A stretch of DNA of 64,000 nt. It comes from Chloroflexota bacterium (GTDB lineage Bacteria; Chloroflexota; Limnocylindria; Limnocylindrales; CSP1-4). The notes under the pieces were generated by a model. That model was not told the DNA's origin and searched no databases. It saw nothing but the letters and a program-made list of their open reading frames with translations. Both the position numbers and the translations under genes were made by a program. Within the stretch, counting starts at the first letter, position 1, and the number at the start of each line of letters is the position of its first letter. The stretch spans positions 4,578 to 68,577 of the forward strand of contig JBJOLT010000032.1 in assembly GCA_046045415.1 (NCBI GenBank), written 5' to 3'. This document shows, one piece after another, positions 32,906-45,513 of this stretch.

Positions 32906-33345
32906 CGCCACGACAGGACCCCCTTCCGCCACGCGTACGCCAGCCCGAGGAGGAGGATCGCGACGAAGACGAGCATCGTCACGAAGCCCGCGAGGAGGAG
33001 CTCCGGGAAGACCGTCGCCCAGAGGTAGATGAAGATCACCTCGATGTCGAAGGCGACGAAGAGCAGGGCGTAGATGTAGAACGAGACGCCGTACCTGCCG
33101 TGGGTGTCGCCGAACGTGTCGATCCCCGACTCGTACGGGAGCCCCTTGTGCGGGTCGCCCTTCACGCGGTGCGAGAGCAGCCACGCGGCGGCGATCGTGA
33201 GGAAGACGAACGAGACGCCGGCGAAGGCGAACCCGACGACGTACCAGATGCCGGTCAAGCGTTCCTCGCTCTCGAAGGGGCGGGGGCGATGGCGGGCGCG
33301 ACGGGCGGCCGGGACGAGCGCGGTCGGCGTCGCACGCTCGCGCAT
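32902..33345 (-). CDS. nuoA: NADH-quinone oxidoreductase subunit A (start uncertain: ATG at 33345 or later)
   Basis: Three-helix membrane protein 'GIWYVVGFAFAGVSFVFLTIAAAWLLS...DTFGDTHGRYGVSFYIYALLFVAFDIEVIFIYLWA'. Confidence 0.75.
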   Translation of the reverse strand: MRERATPTALVPAARRARHRPRPFESEERLTGIWYVVGFAFAGVSFVFLTIAAAWLLSHRVKGDPHKGLPYESGIDTFGDTHGRYGVSFYIYALLFVAFDIEVIFIYLWATVFPELLLAGFVTMLVFVAILLLGLAYAWRKGVLSWR

Positions 33346-33406
33346 TCTAGCAAGGGGCGGGGGGCCGGGCGCCGCCGGACCCGGCCCGGGATCCGCGCCG
33401 GGCCGA

Positions 33407-34678
33407 TCAGGGCGCCGTGGCGAGGTCGGGCCGCGTCCGGCCGAGGCCCGCGAGCGTCGCGTCGCCGGGGAGCGCACGGCCGAACGCGACGACCCGGAAG
33501 CCGCCCGTCGCGCCGGGGTCCAGGAGCCGCGCGACCGCGGCCCGCAGCTCGATCCACGAGGGGAGGGTCGTCGCCGGATCCTCACGGATCGCCGCGAGCA
33601 GCTCCCCGAGCCCCGAGCCGACGAGGAAGGCCGCCTGGGTCGTCGTCCCGAGGTGGCGGAGCCCGGCCGCCTCGCCCGCCCGGACGACGGCCGTCAGGTC
33701 GACGTGGGCGGTGACATCCTGGCGGCCGACATGGGCGTACGGGTCGCGCCCGACCATCTGGCGGAGGTACGTCCGGAGCGTCCCCTCGCGGCGCGCCGGG
33801 CCGTAGAGCTCGGCCGCGTCATGGCCGTAGTCGACGAGGAGGACGACCCCGCGTTCGAGGCGGCCGGCGACCGACGCGAGCCACGGGTCCAGCTCGAGGC
33901 AGATCTCGGCCCGCTGCCCGTCGGCGAGCTCGATCCCCTCGGCCTCGAGCCGGGCGGCGAGCGCCGGGGTCGTGGGGTCCGCGACGGCGTCGACGAAGCG
34001 GCCCGCCGCCCCGTCCCAGTCGACGAGGAGCTCCCTGAGCCGGCCCGCCGCCGACGTCACCCGATGGAACGGGAGGGCGTCGAGGAGCTCGTTCGCGAGG
34101 ACGACGCCGGCGACCGGGGCCGCATCCGGGGCGGCGAGCGACCCCGCGAACCCGGCGGCGGCGATCGCCCCCTCCAGCTCTGCCCGGCGCGGCGGGGCGG
34201 TCTCGACCGGCTCGTAGCGGAGTGCCGCGAGCAACGGCGAGCCCGAGCGTCGGAGTCCGTCGAGGATCGCGACGCCGAGCGTCCCCGACCCCGCTCCGTG
34301 CTCGACGAGCGTGAAGGGAGCGGGGCGACCGGCGAGCCCCCACGCCTCCTCGACGGTGCGCGCGATCGTCCAGCCGAAGATCGGGTGGAGCTCCGGCGCC
34401 GTGACGAAGTCCCCGGCGCGGCCCGGCCGCGGGCCCGGGGCGGCGTAGTAGCCGAGCTCGGGATCGTGGAGCGCGACCGCCATGAAGCGGGCGAAGGTGA
34501 TCGGGCCGCTCGCGGCGATCTCCGCCTGGAGCCGCTCGACCAGCCGCGGCTCGCTCGCGGGGAGCGGGCCGGGCGGCGGGACCCGGCGGATCCCCGGGAC
34601 GATCGAGGTCGTCCCCGCCGGCCCGTCGTCCGGCTCGCCGCCCCGTCCACGGCCCCGACCGTCGGCCGGGTCGCTCAC
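33407..34678 (-). CDS. MidA/NDUFAF7-family (DUF185) class I SAM-dependent methyltransferase (deduced GTG start)
   Basis: 'GPITFARFMAVALHDPELGYYA', 'GDFVTAPELHPIFGW', 'LVEHGAGSGTLGVAIL' are the MidA/NDUFAF7 signature blocks; immediately upstream of nuoA. Confidence 0.7.
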   Translation of the reverse strand: MSDPADGRGRGRGGEPDDGPAGTTSIVPGIRRVPPPGPLPASEPRLVERLQAEIAASGPITFARFMAVALHDPELGYYAAPGPRPGRAGDFVTAPELHPIFGWTIARTVEEAWGLAGRPAPFTLVEHGAGSGTLGVAILDGLRRSGSPLLAALRYEPVETAPPRRAELEGAIAAAGFAGSLAAPDAAPVAGVVLANELLDALPFHRVTSAAGRLRELLVDWDGAAGRFVDAVADPTTPALAARLEAEGIELADGQRAEICLELDPWLASVAGRLERGVVLLVDYGHDAAELYGPARREGTLRTYLRQMVGRDPYAHVGRQDVTAHVDLTAVVRAGEAAGLRHLGTTTQAAFLVGSGLGELLAAIREDPATTLPSWIELRAAVARLLDPGATGGFRVVAFGRALPGDATLAGLGRTRPDLATAP

Positions 34679-35856
34679 GCGTCGGTGCCTCCGGCCGCAT
34701 CGGCCCGGTCGGGACCGCGCTCCCGGAGCCCCCAGCCGGCGACGAGCCGCACCCCGGGCCCGACGAGGGTGTGGCCGCCGAGGACGATCGGGATCGGCGC
34801 CTCCCGCGCGGCCGCCGTCAGCTCCCGGAGCCACGGATCGCCGATCGACCGCTCGTCGAGGAGGTCGGACGCGTAGCGATCCTCGGCGGCCGGCCAGCCG
34901 GCCTCGTCGGGCCCGAGCCGGTGGGCGAGGAGGACCCTCGTGTCGACGAGGGCGGCGTCGCCGAGCTCCGCGAGGAGCCGTCCGATCGCACCCGGCCCAT
35001 CGCGGTCGAGGAGGAGCCCGAGCGTCGACCGGGGCGGGCGGATGCGGGTGCCCTCGGCTCCCCCGGCCGCCGGGCCGAGGGCGAGCGGGCTGCTCGCCCG
35101 GAGGCCCCGCTCCTCGACGAGCGCCCGGATCCGGGCCGCCGAGCGGCGCTCGAGCCACCGGACGGCCCTCCCGTTCGTCCGCCCGGCGAGGACCACCTCG
35201 GCCCGCCGATCGGCGAGCCGTGCCGCGACCGCGGCGAGCCGCCCCGTCACCGTCGCCGCCCGCCCGGCGAAGGCGGTCGTCGCCGCGGTGAGGACGACGT
35301 CGAGCGGGCTGTCGAGGTCGACCTGGAGCCGCCAGCGGTCGCGGAGGTCCCGGACGCGCCGGCCGGCGACCTCGGCGAGCCAGCGCGGGAGGGCGTTGTC
35401 GGCGGGGAGCGGCGGGATCGGCGGGAGCCGGTCGGCGCGCGCGATCGCGACGATGTCCGCGGAGTACGCGTTGTTCGCGAGCACCCGGGGCTCGGCGGCA
35501 CCGGCCGCCGCGACGAAGCGGCGGAGGTCGGCCGTCCGCGCGAGCGGGATGGATCCGGCGCCGAGGACGACCACCCCGAACGGATCGCGGTCGCCGGGCG
35601 GACCGCCCGCGAGCCGGTCCTCGCCACCGCCCGCGCCCCCCGCCCGGTCCCGGCCCACCAGCGCCGCGAGCCGCTCACCGAAGGACAGCTCGTCGGGCGG
35701 TCCCGCGACGAGGCGGACGTCCGCCGCCCCGGCCGCGACGAACCCGCGGACGTGGCGGTCCCCGGTGACGAGCCGGGAGGTCGCGAGGAGCCATTCGAGC
35801 GGCGGCGCCTCGGGCGCCGGCTCTCGGTGGAGGATGATGACGCGGACGGGCGGCAC
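34675..35856 (-). CDS. hypothetical protein (possible nucleotidyltransferase-fold N-terminal half; family not recognised)
   Basis: 393-aa ORF with coding GC3 bias, 'VVVLGAGSIPLARTADL ... VLANNAYSADIVAIARADRLP'; GTGA-coupled to the MidA-like gene. Confidence 0.45.
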   Translation of the reverse strand: MPPVRVIILHREPAPEAPPLEWLLATSRLVTGDRHVRGFVAAGAADVRLVAGPPDELSFGERLAALVGRDRAGGAGGGEDRLAGGPPGDRDPFGVVVLGAGSIPLARTADLRRFVAAAGAAEPRVLANNAYSADIVAIARADRLPPIPPLPADNALPRWLAEVAGRRVRDLRDRWRLQVDLDSPLDVVLTAATTAFAGRAATVTGRLAAVAARLADRRAEVVLAGRTNGRAVRWLERRSAARIRALVEERGLRASSPLALGPAAGGAEGTRIRPPRSTLGLLLDRDGPGAIGRLLAELGDAALVDTRVLLAHRLGPDEAGWPAAEDRYASDLLDERSIGDPWLRELTAAAREAPIPIVLGGHTLVGPGVRLVAGWGLRERGPDRADAAGGTDA

Positions 35857-35883
35857 CGCCCGAGTCTACCGAGCGGAGGTGGC

Positions 35884-36582
35884 GTGGTCCCCCGTCGGGT
35901 GCGCGCGTACATCGGCCTCGGGGCGAACGTCGGCGACGCCCGCTCGACGCTCCGGGATGCGGTCGCCGCGCTCCGTGCCCTCCCGGGCGTCCGGCTCGCC
36001 GGCGTCTCCGCGCTCTACGCCACGGCGCCGGTCGGGGTCGTCGATCAGCCGGACTTCGCGAACGCGGTCGTCGCGCTCGACGTCCCCGCCGGGCCGGATG
36101 CGCCCGCCGGCGCGACCGCCCTCCTCGTCGGCCTCAAGCGGCTCGAGCGTGCGTTCGGGCGGCAGCCGCGCGAGCGGTGGGGTCCCCGCGAGCTCGACCT
36201 CGACCTCCTCGTCTTCGGCCGCGCGCGCCTCTCGATCGAGCGGCCCCCGGCCGGCGCATCGCTCGACGCGGAGGTCGACCCCGGGAAGGCGACCCGGCTC
36301 CTCGAGGTCCCGCATCCCGAGGCGGCGAACCGCCTCTTCGTCCTCGCACCGCTCGCCGATCTCGCGCCGGCGCTCGTCCCGCCCGGCTGGCGGGTCCCGG
36401 TCGCAGCCGCACGCGACCGGGCCGTCGCGACCGAGGGCCCCGACGCGGTCCGCCGCGTGGGCCGCTGGGACCGGCGCAGGGGCGACTGGGTGGCGGAGGG
36501 GGCGGACCGTCAGCCGGCCGCGAGGTCCCGGACGGCGAGCCGCGTCTCGACGACCCGCCCGTCGACCCGCTCCACGCGGTAG
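35884..36582 (+). CDS. folK: 2-amino-4-hydroxy-6-hydroxymethyldihydropteridine pyrophosphokinase (HPPK); GTG start; C-terminal Arg/Ser/Thr-rich tail may be read-through
   Basis: 'RAYIGLGANVGDARSTL', 'YATAPVGVVDQPDFANAVVAL', 'GRQPRERWGPRELDLDLL', 'NRLFVLAPLADLAP' HPPK blocks. Confidence 0.7.
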   Translation: MVPRRVRAYIGLGANVGDARSTLRDAVAALRALPGVRLAGVSALYATAPVGVVDQPDFANAVVALDVPAGPDAPAGATALLVGLKRLERAFGRQPRERWGPRELDLDLLVFGRARLSIERPPAGASLDAEVDPGKATRLLEVPHPEAANRLFVLAPLADLAPALVPPGWRVPVAAARDRAVATEGPDAVRRVGRWDRRRGDWVAEGADRQPAARSRTASRVSTTRPSTRSTR

Positions 36583-37235
36583 GCCCCCGCGCCCGGCCGG
36601 GCGCTCACCACCTCGCGGAGCTCACGGCCGGCGAACCGGAGCCCGACGTGGTCGTCGGCCGCGTAGCCGGCCTGGAGGCCGTCGGGAGGTCCGAGCTCGA
36701 CGAGCCGCTGGTAGAGCGGCCGACGGCCCGGCTCCGAGTCGTAGTGCGGACAGTTGCTCCCGGGGAGGAAGCCGAGGCCGCCGTGGAGCGCGCGGAGCTC
36801 CGGCCCGAACGAATCGGTCGTCCCCGCCTCGAACCAGCAGATCGATCCGGCGCTCATCCCGGCGAGGACGATCCCCCGCTCCCACGCGGTCCGGAGGATC
36901 GCGTCGAGGCCGTGGACCCGCCAGATCGCGAGCATGTTCGCCGTGTTCCCCCCGCCGACGTAGATGACGTCCTGCGCGAGGAGCCGCTTCGCCAGCTCCT
37001 CCTCGTCGCGCCGGAAGAGCGAGACGTGCGATGCGACGACCGGGCGGCCCGCGAAGGTCGCGTGGAAGTCGACGATCGAGGCGTCCCGGTCCCCGCCCGC
37101 GGTCGGGAGGTAGCAGACGCGCGGCGTCGGGACGCCGGCGAGCGAGAGGACGTAGTCGTCGATCAGCCGGTCCGGGCCGCTCGACCGGAGACCCCCGCCG
37201 CCGAGGGCGACGATCGTCGGCTCGGGCGCCCCCAC
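36510..37235 (-). CDS. peptidase S51 family (dipeptidase E / cyanophycinase-like)
   Basis: 'IVALGGGG', 'VIYVGGGNTANMLAIWRVHGLDAIL', 'VLAGMSAGSICWFEAG', 'NCPHYDSE' S51 signatures. Confidence 0.75.
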   Translation of the reverse strand: MGAPEPTIVALGGGGLRSSGPDRLIDDYVLSLAGVPTPRVCYLPTAGGDRDASIVDFHATFAGRPVVASHVSLFRRDEEELAKRLLAQDVIYVGGGNTANMLAIWRVHGLDAILRTAWERGIVLAGMSAGSICWFEAGTTDSFGPELRALHGGLGFLPGSNCPHYDSEPGRRPLYQRLVELGPPDGLQAGYAADDHVGLRFAGRELREVVSARPGAGAYRVERVDGRVVETRLAVRDLAAG

Positions 37236-37236
37236 C

Positions 37237-38226
37237 TCAGAGCCTCACCGACGGCGGGCGCGACCGGTCGAACATGTGGACCGTGTCGATGAACCGGACC
37301 TGCTGCGTCCGGTACGCCATGACGAGCGAGTGGGTCCGGGCGCCGCCGCCGAAGAAGCGGACCGCCTGGAGGAGGTCGCCGCTCGTGACGCCGGTCGCCG
37401 CGAAGACGAGGCTCTCGCCGGAGGCGAGCTCGCTCGTCGTGTAGACGCGGTCCTCGTCCTCGATCCCCATCCGCCGGGCCCGCTCCCGCTCGTCGTCGTT
37501 CCGGAAGCGGAAGCGCGCCTGGATCTCGCCGCCGAGGCACCGGAGCGCGGCGGCGGTGAGGACCCCCTCCGGCGCGCCGCCGATCCCCATGACCGCGTGG
37601 ATGCCGGTCCCCGAGACGGCGCAGCTGATCGCCGCCGAAAGGTCCCCGTCGCCGATCAGCTTGATCCGGGCGCCGGCCTCCCGCACCTCGGCGATGAGCG
37701 CATCGTGACGGGGCCGCTCGAGGATGACGATCGTGATGTCGTTCACGTTCCGGCCGAGCGCGTGGGCGATCCGGCGGACGTTCTCGCTCGCCGACTCGCG
37801 GATGTCGACCTTGCCCGCGACGACCGGGCCGACGCAGAGCTTCTCCATGTACGTGTCGGGGGCGTTCAGGAGGCCGCCCCGCTCGGAGGCGGCGAGGACG
37901 GTGATCGAGTTCGACTGGCCGTGGGCGACGAGGTTCGTCCCCTCGAGCGGATCGACCGCGATGTCGATCTCGGGGAGCGCCCGCGGCCCGCGGCCGCCGG
38001 CCGGCCGCCCCACCTGCTCGCCGATGTAGAGCATCGGCGCCTCGTCACGCTCCCCCTCGCCGATGACGATCGTCCCGGCCATCTCCATCTCGTCCATCGT
38101 CGCCCGCATCGCTTCGGTCGCGGCGCGGTCCGCCCCGTGCCGGTCGCCGCGGCCCATGAGGCGGGCGGCGGCGATCGCCGCCGCCTCCGTGACGCGGACC
38201 ATCTCGAGGGCGAGGAGCTGCTCCAT
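37237..38226 (-). CDS. glpX: fructose-1,6-bisphosphatase class II
   Basis: 329 aa from [25 protein letters not shown]; '[25 protein letters not shown]', '[14 protein letters not shown]' GlpX blocks. Confidence 0.85.
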   Translation of the reverse strand: MEQLLALEMVRVTEAAAIAAARLMGRGDRHGADRAATEAMRATMDEMEMAGTIVIGEGERDEAPMLYIGEQVGRPAGGRGPRALPEIDIAVDPLEGTNLVAHGQSNSITVLAASERGGLLNAPDTYMEKLCVGPVVAGKVDIRESASENVRRIAHALGRNVNDITIVILERPRHDALIAEVREAGARIKLIGDGDLSAAISCAVSGTGIHAVMGIGGAPEGVLTAAALRCLGGEIQARFRFRNDDERERARRMGIEDEDRVYTTSELASGESLVFAATGVTSGDLLQAVRFFGGGARTHSLVMAYRTQQVRFIDTVHMFDRSRPPSVRL

Positions 38227-38234
38227 CGATCCCC

Positions 38235-39782
38235 CTAGTGCCGGAAGTGGCGGCGCCCGGTGAAGACCATCGCGAGGTGGTGGCGGTCCGCCGCCTCGAT
38301 CGCCATCTCGTCCCGGGTCGAGCCGCCCGGCTGGATGATCGCCGTGACGCCGGCCTGGGCGGCGAGCTGGATCCCGTCGGGGAACGGGAAGTAGGCGTCG
38401 CTCGCCATCACGGACATCCGCGCCCGGTCGCCGGCCCGCCGGAGCGCGATCTCCACCGAGACGTTCCGGCTCGCCTGGGCCGCGCCGATCCCGATCGTCG
38501 CCGCGTTCTTCGCGAGGACGATCGCGTTCGAGCGGACGTGGCGGACGGTCCGCCAGGCGAAGAGGAGGTCGGTCAGCTCCTCGAGCGTCGGCCGGCGCCG
38601 GGTGACGACCTGGAGCTGGCCCTTGTCGAGACCCAGCTCGTCGTGCGTCTCGACGAGGAGGCCGCCGGCGACCCGCTTGAAGTCGAGCGAGGCGATCCCG
38701 TAGTCGCGCGGCCCCTCCGCGGGGCTCGGCGGGACGGAGAGGAGCTCGAGGCCGGGCTTGCCGCGAAGGATCCCGAGCGCCGCCTGGCTGAACCCGGGGG
38801 CGACGACCGCCTCGTACGAGTTCGCGGCGATCTCCCGGGCCGTCGCGCCGTCGAGCTCGCGGTTCACGCCGACGATCCCGCCGAACGACGCGACCGGGTC
38901 GGTCTCGAGCGCCTTCCGGTACGCCTCGACGAGCTCGTCGTTCGAGGCGAGCCCCACCGGGTCGGTGTGCTTGACGATCGCGACGGTCGGGGCGGTGAAG
39001 TCGTTCGCGACCCGGTACGCCGTGTCGAGGTCGAGGATGTCGTTGAAGCTCGGCCGGCTCCCGGCGAGCTGGGTCGCGTCGGTGAGCGATCCCGAGACGT
39101 GCGTCGTCTCGCGGTAGAGCGCGCCGCGCTGATGCGGGTTCTCGCCGTAGCGGAGGTCCTCCACCTTCTCGAGGACGAGCGCGAGACGCGGCGGGAAGAG
39201 CCGGCCGGAGACCTGGTTCAGGTAGGCGGCGATCTCCGCGTGGTAGGCGGCGACCGTCCCGAACGCCTCGGCGGCGAGCTGCTGGCGGAGCTCCGCCGAG
39301 ACGAGCCCGCGCTCGCGGATCTCGCGGATCACCTGCGGGTAGTGGCGCGGATCGGCGATCGGCGCGACCCCGGCGTAGTTCCGGGCGGCCGCCCCGAGGA
39401 GCGCCGCCCCGGCGACGTCGATCATCTCGAGCGCCTCGTGGAGGGGGACGACCCGCGCCCCCACCTGCGGCGCGAACGGCCGGACGTTCACCGCCACGAC
39501 GTCGATCGCGCCGATCCCCGCCGCGGCGAGCTCGGCGAGCTGGTCGGGGAGGTCGCGACGGGCGAGGATCCCGGCGTAGATCGCCGGATGGAACGTCTTG
39601 ACGAGGCCGCCGAGGAGCGGGGTGCTGCTCGTCAGGTCGGCGACCGACCCGACGGCGATCCCGTCGGCGGCGAGGTGCTCCCTCGTCCCGTCGGTCGCGA
39701 CCACCTCGACGCCGAGCTCGAGCAGATCGCGGGCGAAGGCGGAGATCCCGTCGCGGTTGGCGACCGAGAGGAGCGCACGCAC
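38235..39782 (-). CDS. purH: bifunctional AICAR formyltransferase / IMP cyclohydrolase (deduced GTG start after GGAGG)
   Basis: '[19 protein letters not shown]', '[17 protein letters not shown]', '[14 protein letters not shown]', '[40 protein letters not shown]' PurH blocks. Confidence 0.85.
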   Translation of the reverse strand: MRALLSVANRDGISAFARDLLELGVEVVATDGTREHLAADGIAVGSVADLTSSTPLLGGLVKTFHPAIYAGILARRDLPDQLAELAAAGIGAIDVVAVNVRPFAPQVGARVVPLHEALEMIDVAGAALLGAAARNYAGVAPIADPRHYPQVIREIRERGLVSAELRQQLAAEAFGTVAAYHAEIAAYLNQVSGRLFPPRLALVLEKVEDLRYGENPHQRGALYRETTHVSGSLTDATQLAGSRPSFNDILDLDTAYRVANDFTAPTVAIVKHTDPVGLASNDELVEAYRKALETDPVASFGGIVGVNRELDGATAREIAANSYEAVVAPGFSQAALGILRGKPGLELLSVPPSPAEGPRDYGIASLDFKRVAGGLLVETHDELGLDKGQLQVVTRRRPTLEELTDLLFAWRTVRHVRSNAIVLAKNAATIGIGAAQASRNVSVEIALRRAGDRARMSVMASDAYFPFPDGIQLAAQAGVTAIIQPGGSTRDEMAIEAADRHHLAMVFTGRRHFRH

Positions 39783-39997
39783 CCTGGCCACCCTCCATCG
39801 GCCGGCGTGACGCCGGCGCTCCACGTCCCGTCCCTCGCACCGAGTATAGCGCCGGACCCGACCCGTCCCGACCGGACCGACCGGGTGCCGCGACGCCGGC
39901 GACCGGGCCGCGGCCGCGTGGCATACTCGGCCCCGCACGCCGCCCGCCCGGATGCGGGCCCGCGACGCCGCCGGGACGCGGCGCCTGGAGAGAGATC

Positions 39998-40426
39998 GTG
40001 ACGCTGCTGCCCTGGGAGTACTTCTTCGAGGCGTTCAGCCGAAGGAACTTCCACGACCTCTACACGCCGACGTGGGTCGCGTCGCTCGTCCTGATGATCG
40101 CGCTCATCGTCCTCTACAACGTCCGGACGAGGCAGCTCCACCGCCACCCGCCGTACCTCGACCTCTACGAGTGGCTCCTCTGGACCGGGGTGATCACGCT
40201 CGGGCTCCTCCTCGTCTACGCCCTCTTCGTCTTCGACTTCATCTTCGTCCTCGTCACCCTCGTCGGCGGGCTCGCGCTCCTCGTCTGGATCCGGTTCGTC
40301 CGCTTCCCGCCGATCCTCGCCGCGTACGAGACGAAGCTCGCGAAGGCGCGGTACCTCAGCCGGCTCCGCTACGCGAAGCCCGAGGCCACGATCCGCCCGA
40401 AGTCGAAGCGGCGCCGGAAGCGCTGA
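39998..40426 (+). CDS. small membrane protein (3 predicted TM helices, basic C-terminus), GTG start
   Basis: Open frame with GC3 bias, hydrophobic helices '[15 protein letters not shown]', '[20 protein letters not shown]', '[15 protein letters not shown]'. Confidence 0.5.
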   Translation: MTLLPWEYFFEAFSRRNFHDLYTPTWVASLVLMIALIVLYNVRTRQLHRHPPYLDLYEWLLWTGVITLGLLLVYALFVFDFIFVLVTLVGGLALLVWIRFVRFPPILAAYETKLAKARYLSRLRYAKPEATIRPKSKRRRKR

Positions 40427-40484
40427 GACGCCCCCGGAGCGCGACGTCCCCGCCGAGCGCTCCGACGCGACAGGGGAGCCGCCG

Positions 40485-40952
40485 ATGGAGATCCGCCGGT
40501 TCGGGGTCGGACATCGCCGGACGCGCGGCCCGGCCGGGACCCGCGGCGTCACCGGTCAGGTGATCCACGCCGACGCCCGGGGGAGCATCACCGAGCTCGC
40601 CTTCGCCCGTCGCGCCCGGATGGAGCCGCACCTCAGCCCGAACTCCGCGTGGCTCGTCGTCATCGAGGGGGGCGGGTTCGTCCAGGTCGGCGACGAGCGG
40701 GCGCTCGTCGCGGCGGGCGAGGCGGTCCACCTGCCCGCCGGCATCCCCCACGCCGCCTGGACCGAGCACTCCGAGCTCCGGGCGCTCGTCGTCGAGCTCG
40801 GCGGGGCCGACGACGCGCTCCTCCGCGGGATCCTCGACGCGGACCGCGTCCGCCGACCGATCGGGTCCGGACCGGTCTCGAAGGGGGAGGGACGGCTCGC
40901 GTCGACGCCCGGCCGGCCGCCGCGGGACCCCGAGGCGCACGAGCCGGACTGA
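40485..40952 (+). CDS. cupin-domain protein
   Basis: 'HLSPNSAWLVVIEGGGFVQVGDERALVAAGEAVHLPAGIPHAAW' two-His cupin motif pattern. Confidence 0.6.
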   Translation: MEIRRFGVGHRRTRGPAGTRGVTGQVIHADARGSITELAFARRARMEPHLSPNSAWLVVIEGGGFVQVGDERALVAAGEAVHLPAGIPHAAWTEHSELRALVVELGGADDALLRGILDADRVRRPIGSGPVSKGEGRLASTPGRPPRDPEAHEPD

Positions 40953-41008
40953 CGCGGCGCGGCGCCCGGCCGGCGCCCCGCCGGCGCGCTGCCGGGTCGG
41001 CGCGCGGA

Positions 41009-41653
41009 TCAGCGTCCGAGGAGCGCCCCGAGCTGACCGAGGATCCGCGCCGTCGCCCCCCAGATCTCGAGCCCGTCGACGGGGTAGGTCGCGTAGCGGA
41101 GCGCGAGCCCGCGGACCTCGCGCTCGACGACGGGGCGCGGCGCGCCGGGGAGGAAGGCGGCGACGGGCGGCGCGACGATCCGCGCGACCTCCGCGGGGTC
41201 GGGGGCGAGCGTCGGTGCGGCCGCCGCGAGCGCGAGGACCGGGGTGACGGCGTGGCCGCTCACGACGACGGCGACCCGGTCGAGCCGCCCGGCGATCGAG
41301 ACGCTCCCCGGGCGGAGCCCGATCTCCTCGCCGGCCTCGCGGAGCGCCGTCGTCTCCGGGTCCGGATCGCCGGGCTCGCACTTGCCGCCGGGGAAGCTCA
41401 CCTCGGCCGAGTGGTGGCCGTCGTACGCGACCCGCTCGGTGAGGACGACCCGCGCCTCCCCCGACGCGTCGGGGTGGAGGAGCACGAGGACGGCCGCCTC
41501 GCGGAGCGGCGCGCCGCCCGGGCCGCGGAGCTCCGCCTCGTCGAGGAGGCGGGGCGACCCCCCTGCCGCGAGGACGGGCATCAGGTCGGCGGGCGAGGGC
41601 GGAAGGGGTGCCGGCAGGTCGGCGAGCCGCCGGGCGACCTCCTCGAAGCGCAC
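41009..41653 (-). CDS. Nudix hydrolase (CoA pyrophosphatase-like); start GTG 41653 or ATG 41581
   Basis: Nudix box 'FPGGKCEPGDPDPETTALREAGEEIGL'; 'AAVLVLL' upstream strand. Confidence 0.7.
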   Translation of the reverse strand: MRFEEVARRLADLPAPLPPSPADLMPVLAAGGSPRLLDEAELRGPGGAPLREAAVLVLLHPDASGEARVVLTERVAYDGHHSAEVSFPGGKCEPGDPDPETTALREAGEEIGLRPGSVSIAGRLDRVAVVVSGHAVTPVLALAAAAPTLAPDPAEVARIVAPPVAAFLPGAPRPVVEREVRGLALRYATYPVDGLEIWGATARILGQLGALLGR

Positions 41654-41661
41654 CGGTCGGA

Positions 41662-44444
<2,783 letters not shown>

Positions 44445-44448
<4 letters not shown>

Positions 44449-45452
44449 CGGGTCGCTCCTGCGCCGCCGACCGCGGCGAGGAACGCCTCGGCCGCGCGCC
44501 GCTCGGCATCGTCGTGGAGGGTGGGGATCCGGACCCCGATCCGGACGAGGAGGTCGCCGCGGCCGCTGCCGGTGAGCCGTGGCATCCCCTGGCCGGCGAG
44601 GCGGAACGTGCGGCCCGGCTGGGTCCCCGGCGGGATCCGGAGGAGGACGGCGCCGCCGATCGTCGGGACGCGGACCTCGCCGCCGAGCATCGCCTCGCCG
44701 AGCTCGATCGTCAGGTCGCGGGACAGGTCGGCCCCCTTCCGCGTGAAGACGGCATTCGGGAGGAGCCGGGTCACGAGATCGAGGTCGCGGGCCGCCGCGC
44801 CGTCGCCGCCGCCCTGGCCGCGGAGCCGGACCCGGCTTCCGTCGTCGACCCCGGGCGGGACGCGGACCTCGAGCCGCTTCCCGTCGAGCTCGACGATCCT
44901 GCTCGTCCCGTGGAACGCCTCCTCGAGCGTCACGTCGACCGACGCCTCGACCGGGGCGCGCCGTCCTCCGCCGCGCCGGCCCCCCGCCTCGCCACGGCCG
45001 CCGGCACCGCCGCCCCGTCCGCCGAGGCCCGCGAGGAGCTCGTCGATCGACGCGCCGCCGGACCCCGCCGCCTCGCCCCCGAAGAACGCCCGGAAGAAGT
45101 CGGAGAAGCCCGATGCGTCGCCGCCGGTCCGGAACTCGAAGCGGACCCCGCCCGGCCCCGTCCCGCCGGCGGCCCCCGGGAACCCGCCGAAGCCGGCGAA
45201 CGGCCCGCCGCCGCGGCTCCGGGAGAGCTCCTCCCAGTTCGCTCCGAGGGTGTCGTACCGGCGGCGCTTCTCCGGGTCGGAGAGGACCTCGTGCGCCTCG
45301 TTCACGTCCTTGAAGCGGGCTTCGGCCGCCGGATCGCCGGGCCGGAGGTCCGGGTGATGCTCGCGGGCGAGCGCCCGGTACGCGCGCTTGATCTCGGCCG
45401 CCGTCGCGGTCTTCGGGACACCGAGCGTCCGGTAGTAGTCCTTGTACTCCAT
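44445..45452 (-). CDS. DnaJ-domain co-chaperone without zinc-finger repeats (CbpA/DnaJ2-like)
   Basis: J-domain '[36 protein letters not shown]...[20 protein letters not shown]'; Gly-rich linker; C-terminal substrate-binding domains; no CxxCxGxG. Confidence 0.8.
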
Positions 45453-45513
45453 CGGGGTCGCTCGGGGGCGCCCCGCCGGCCGGAGCCGGTGCCGCGCCCC
45501 CTCGCCCTCCTCG

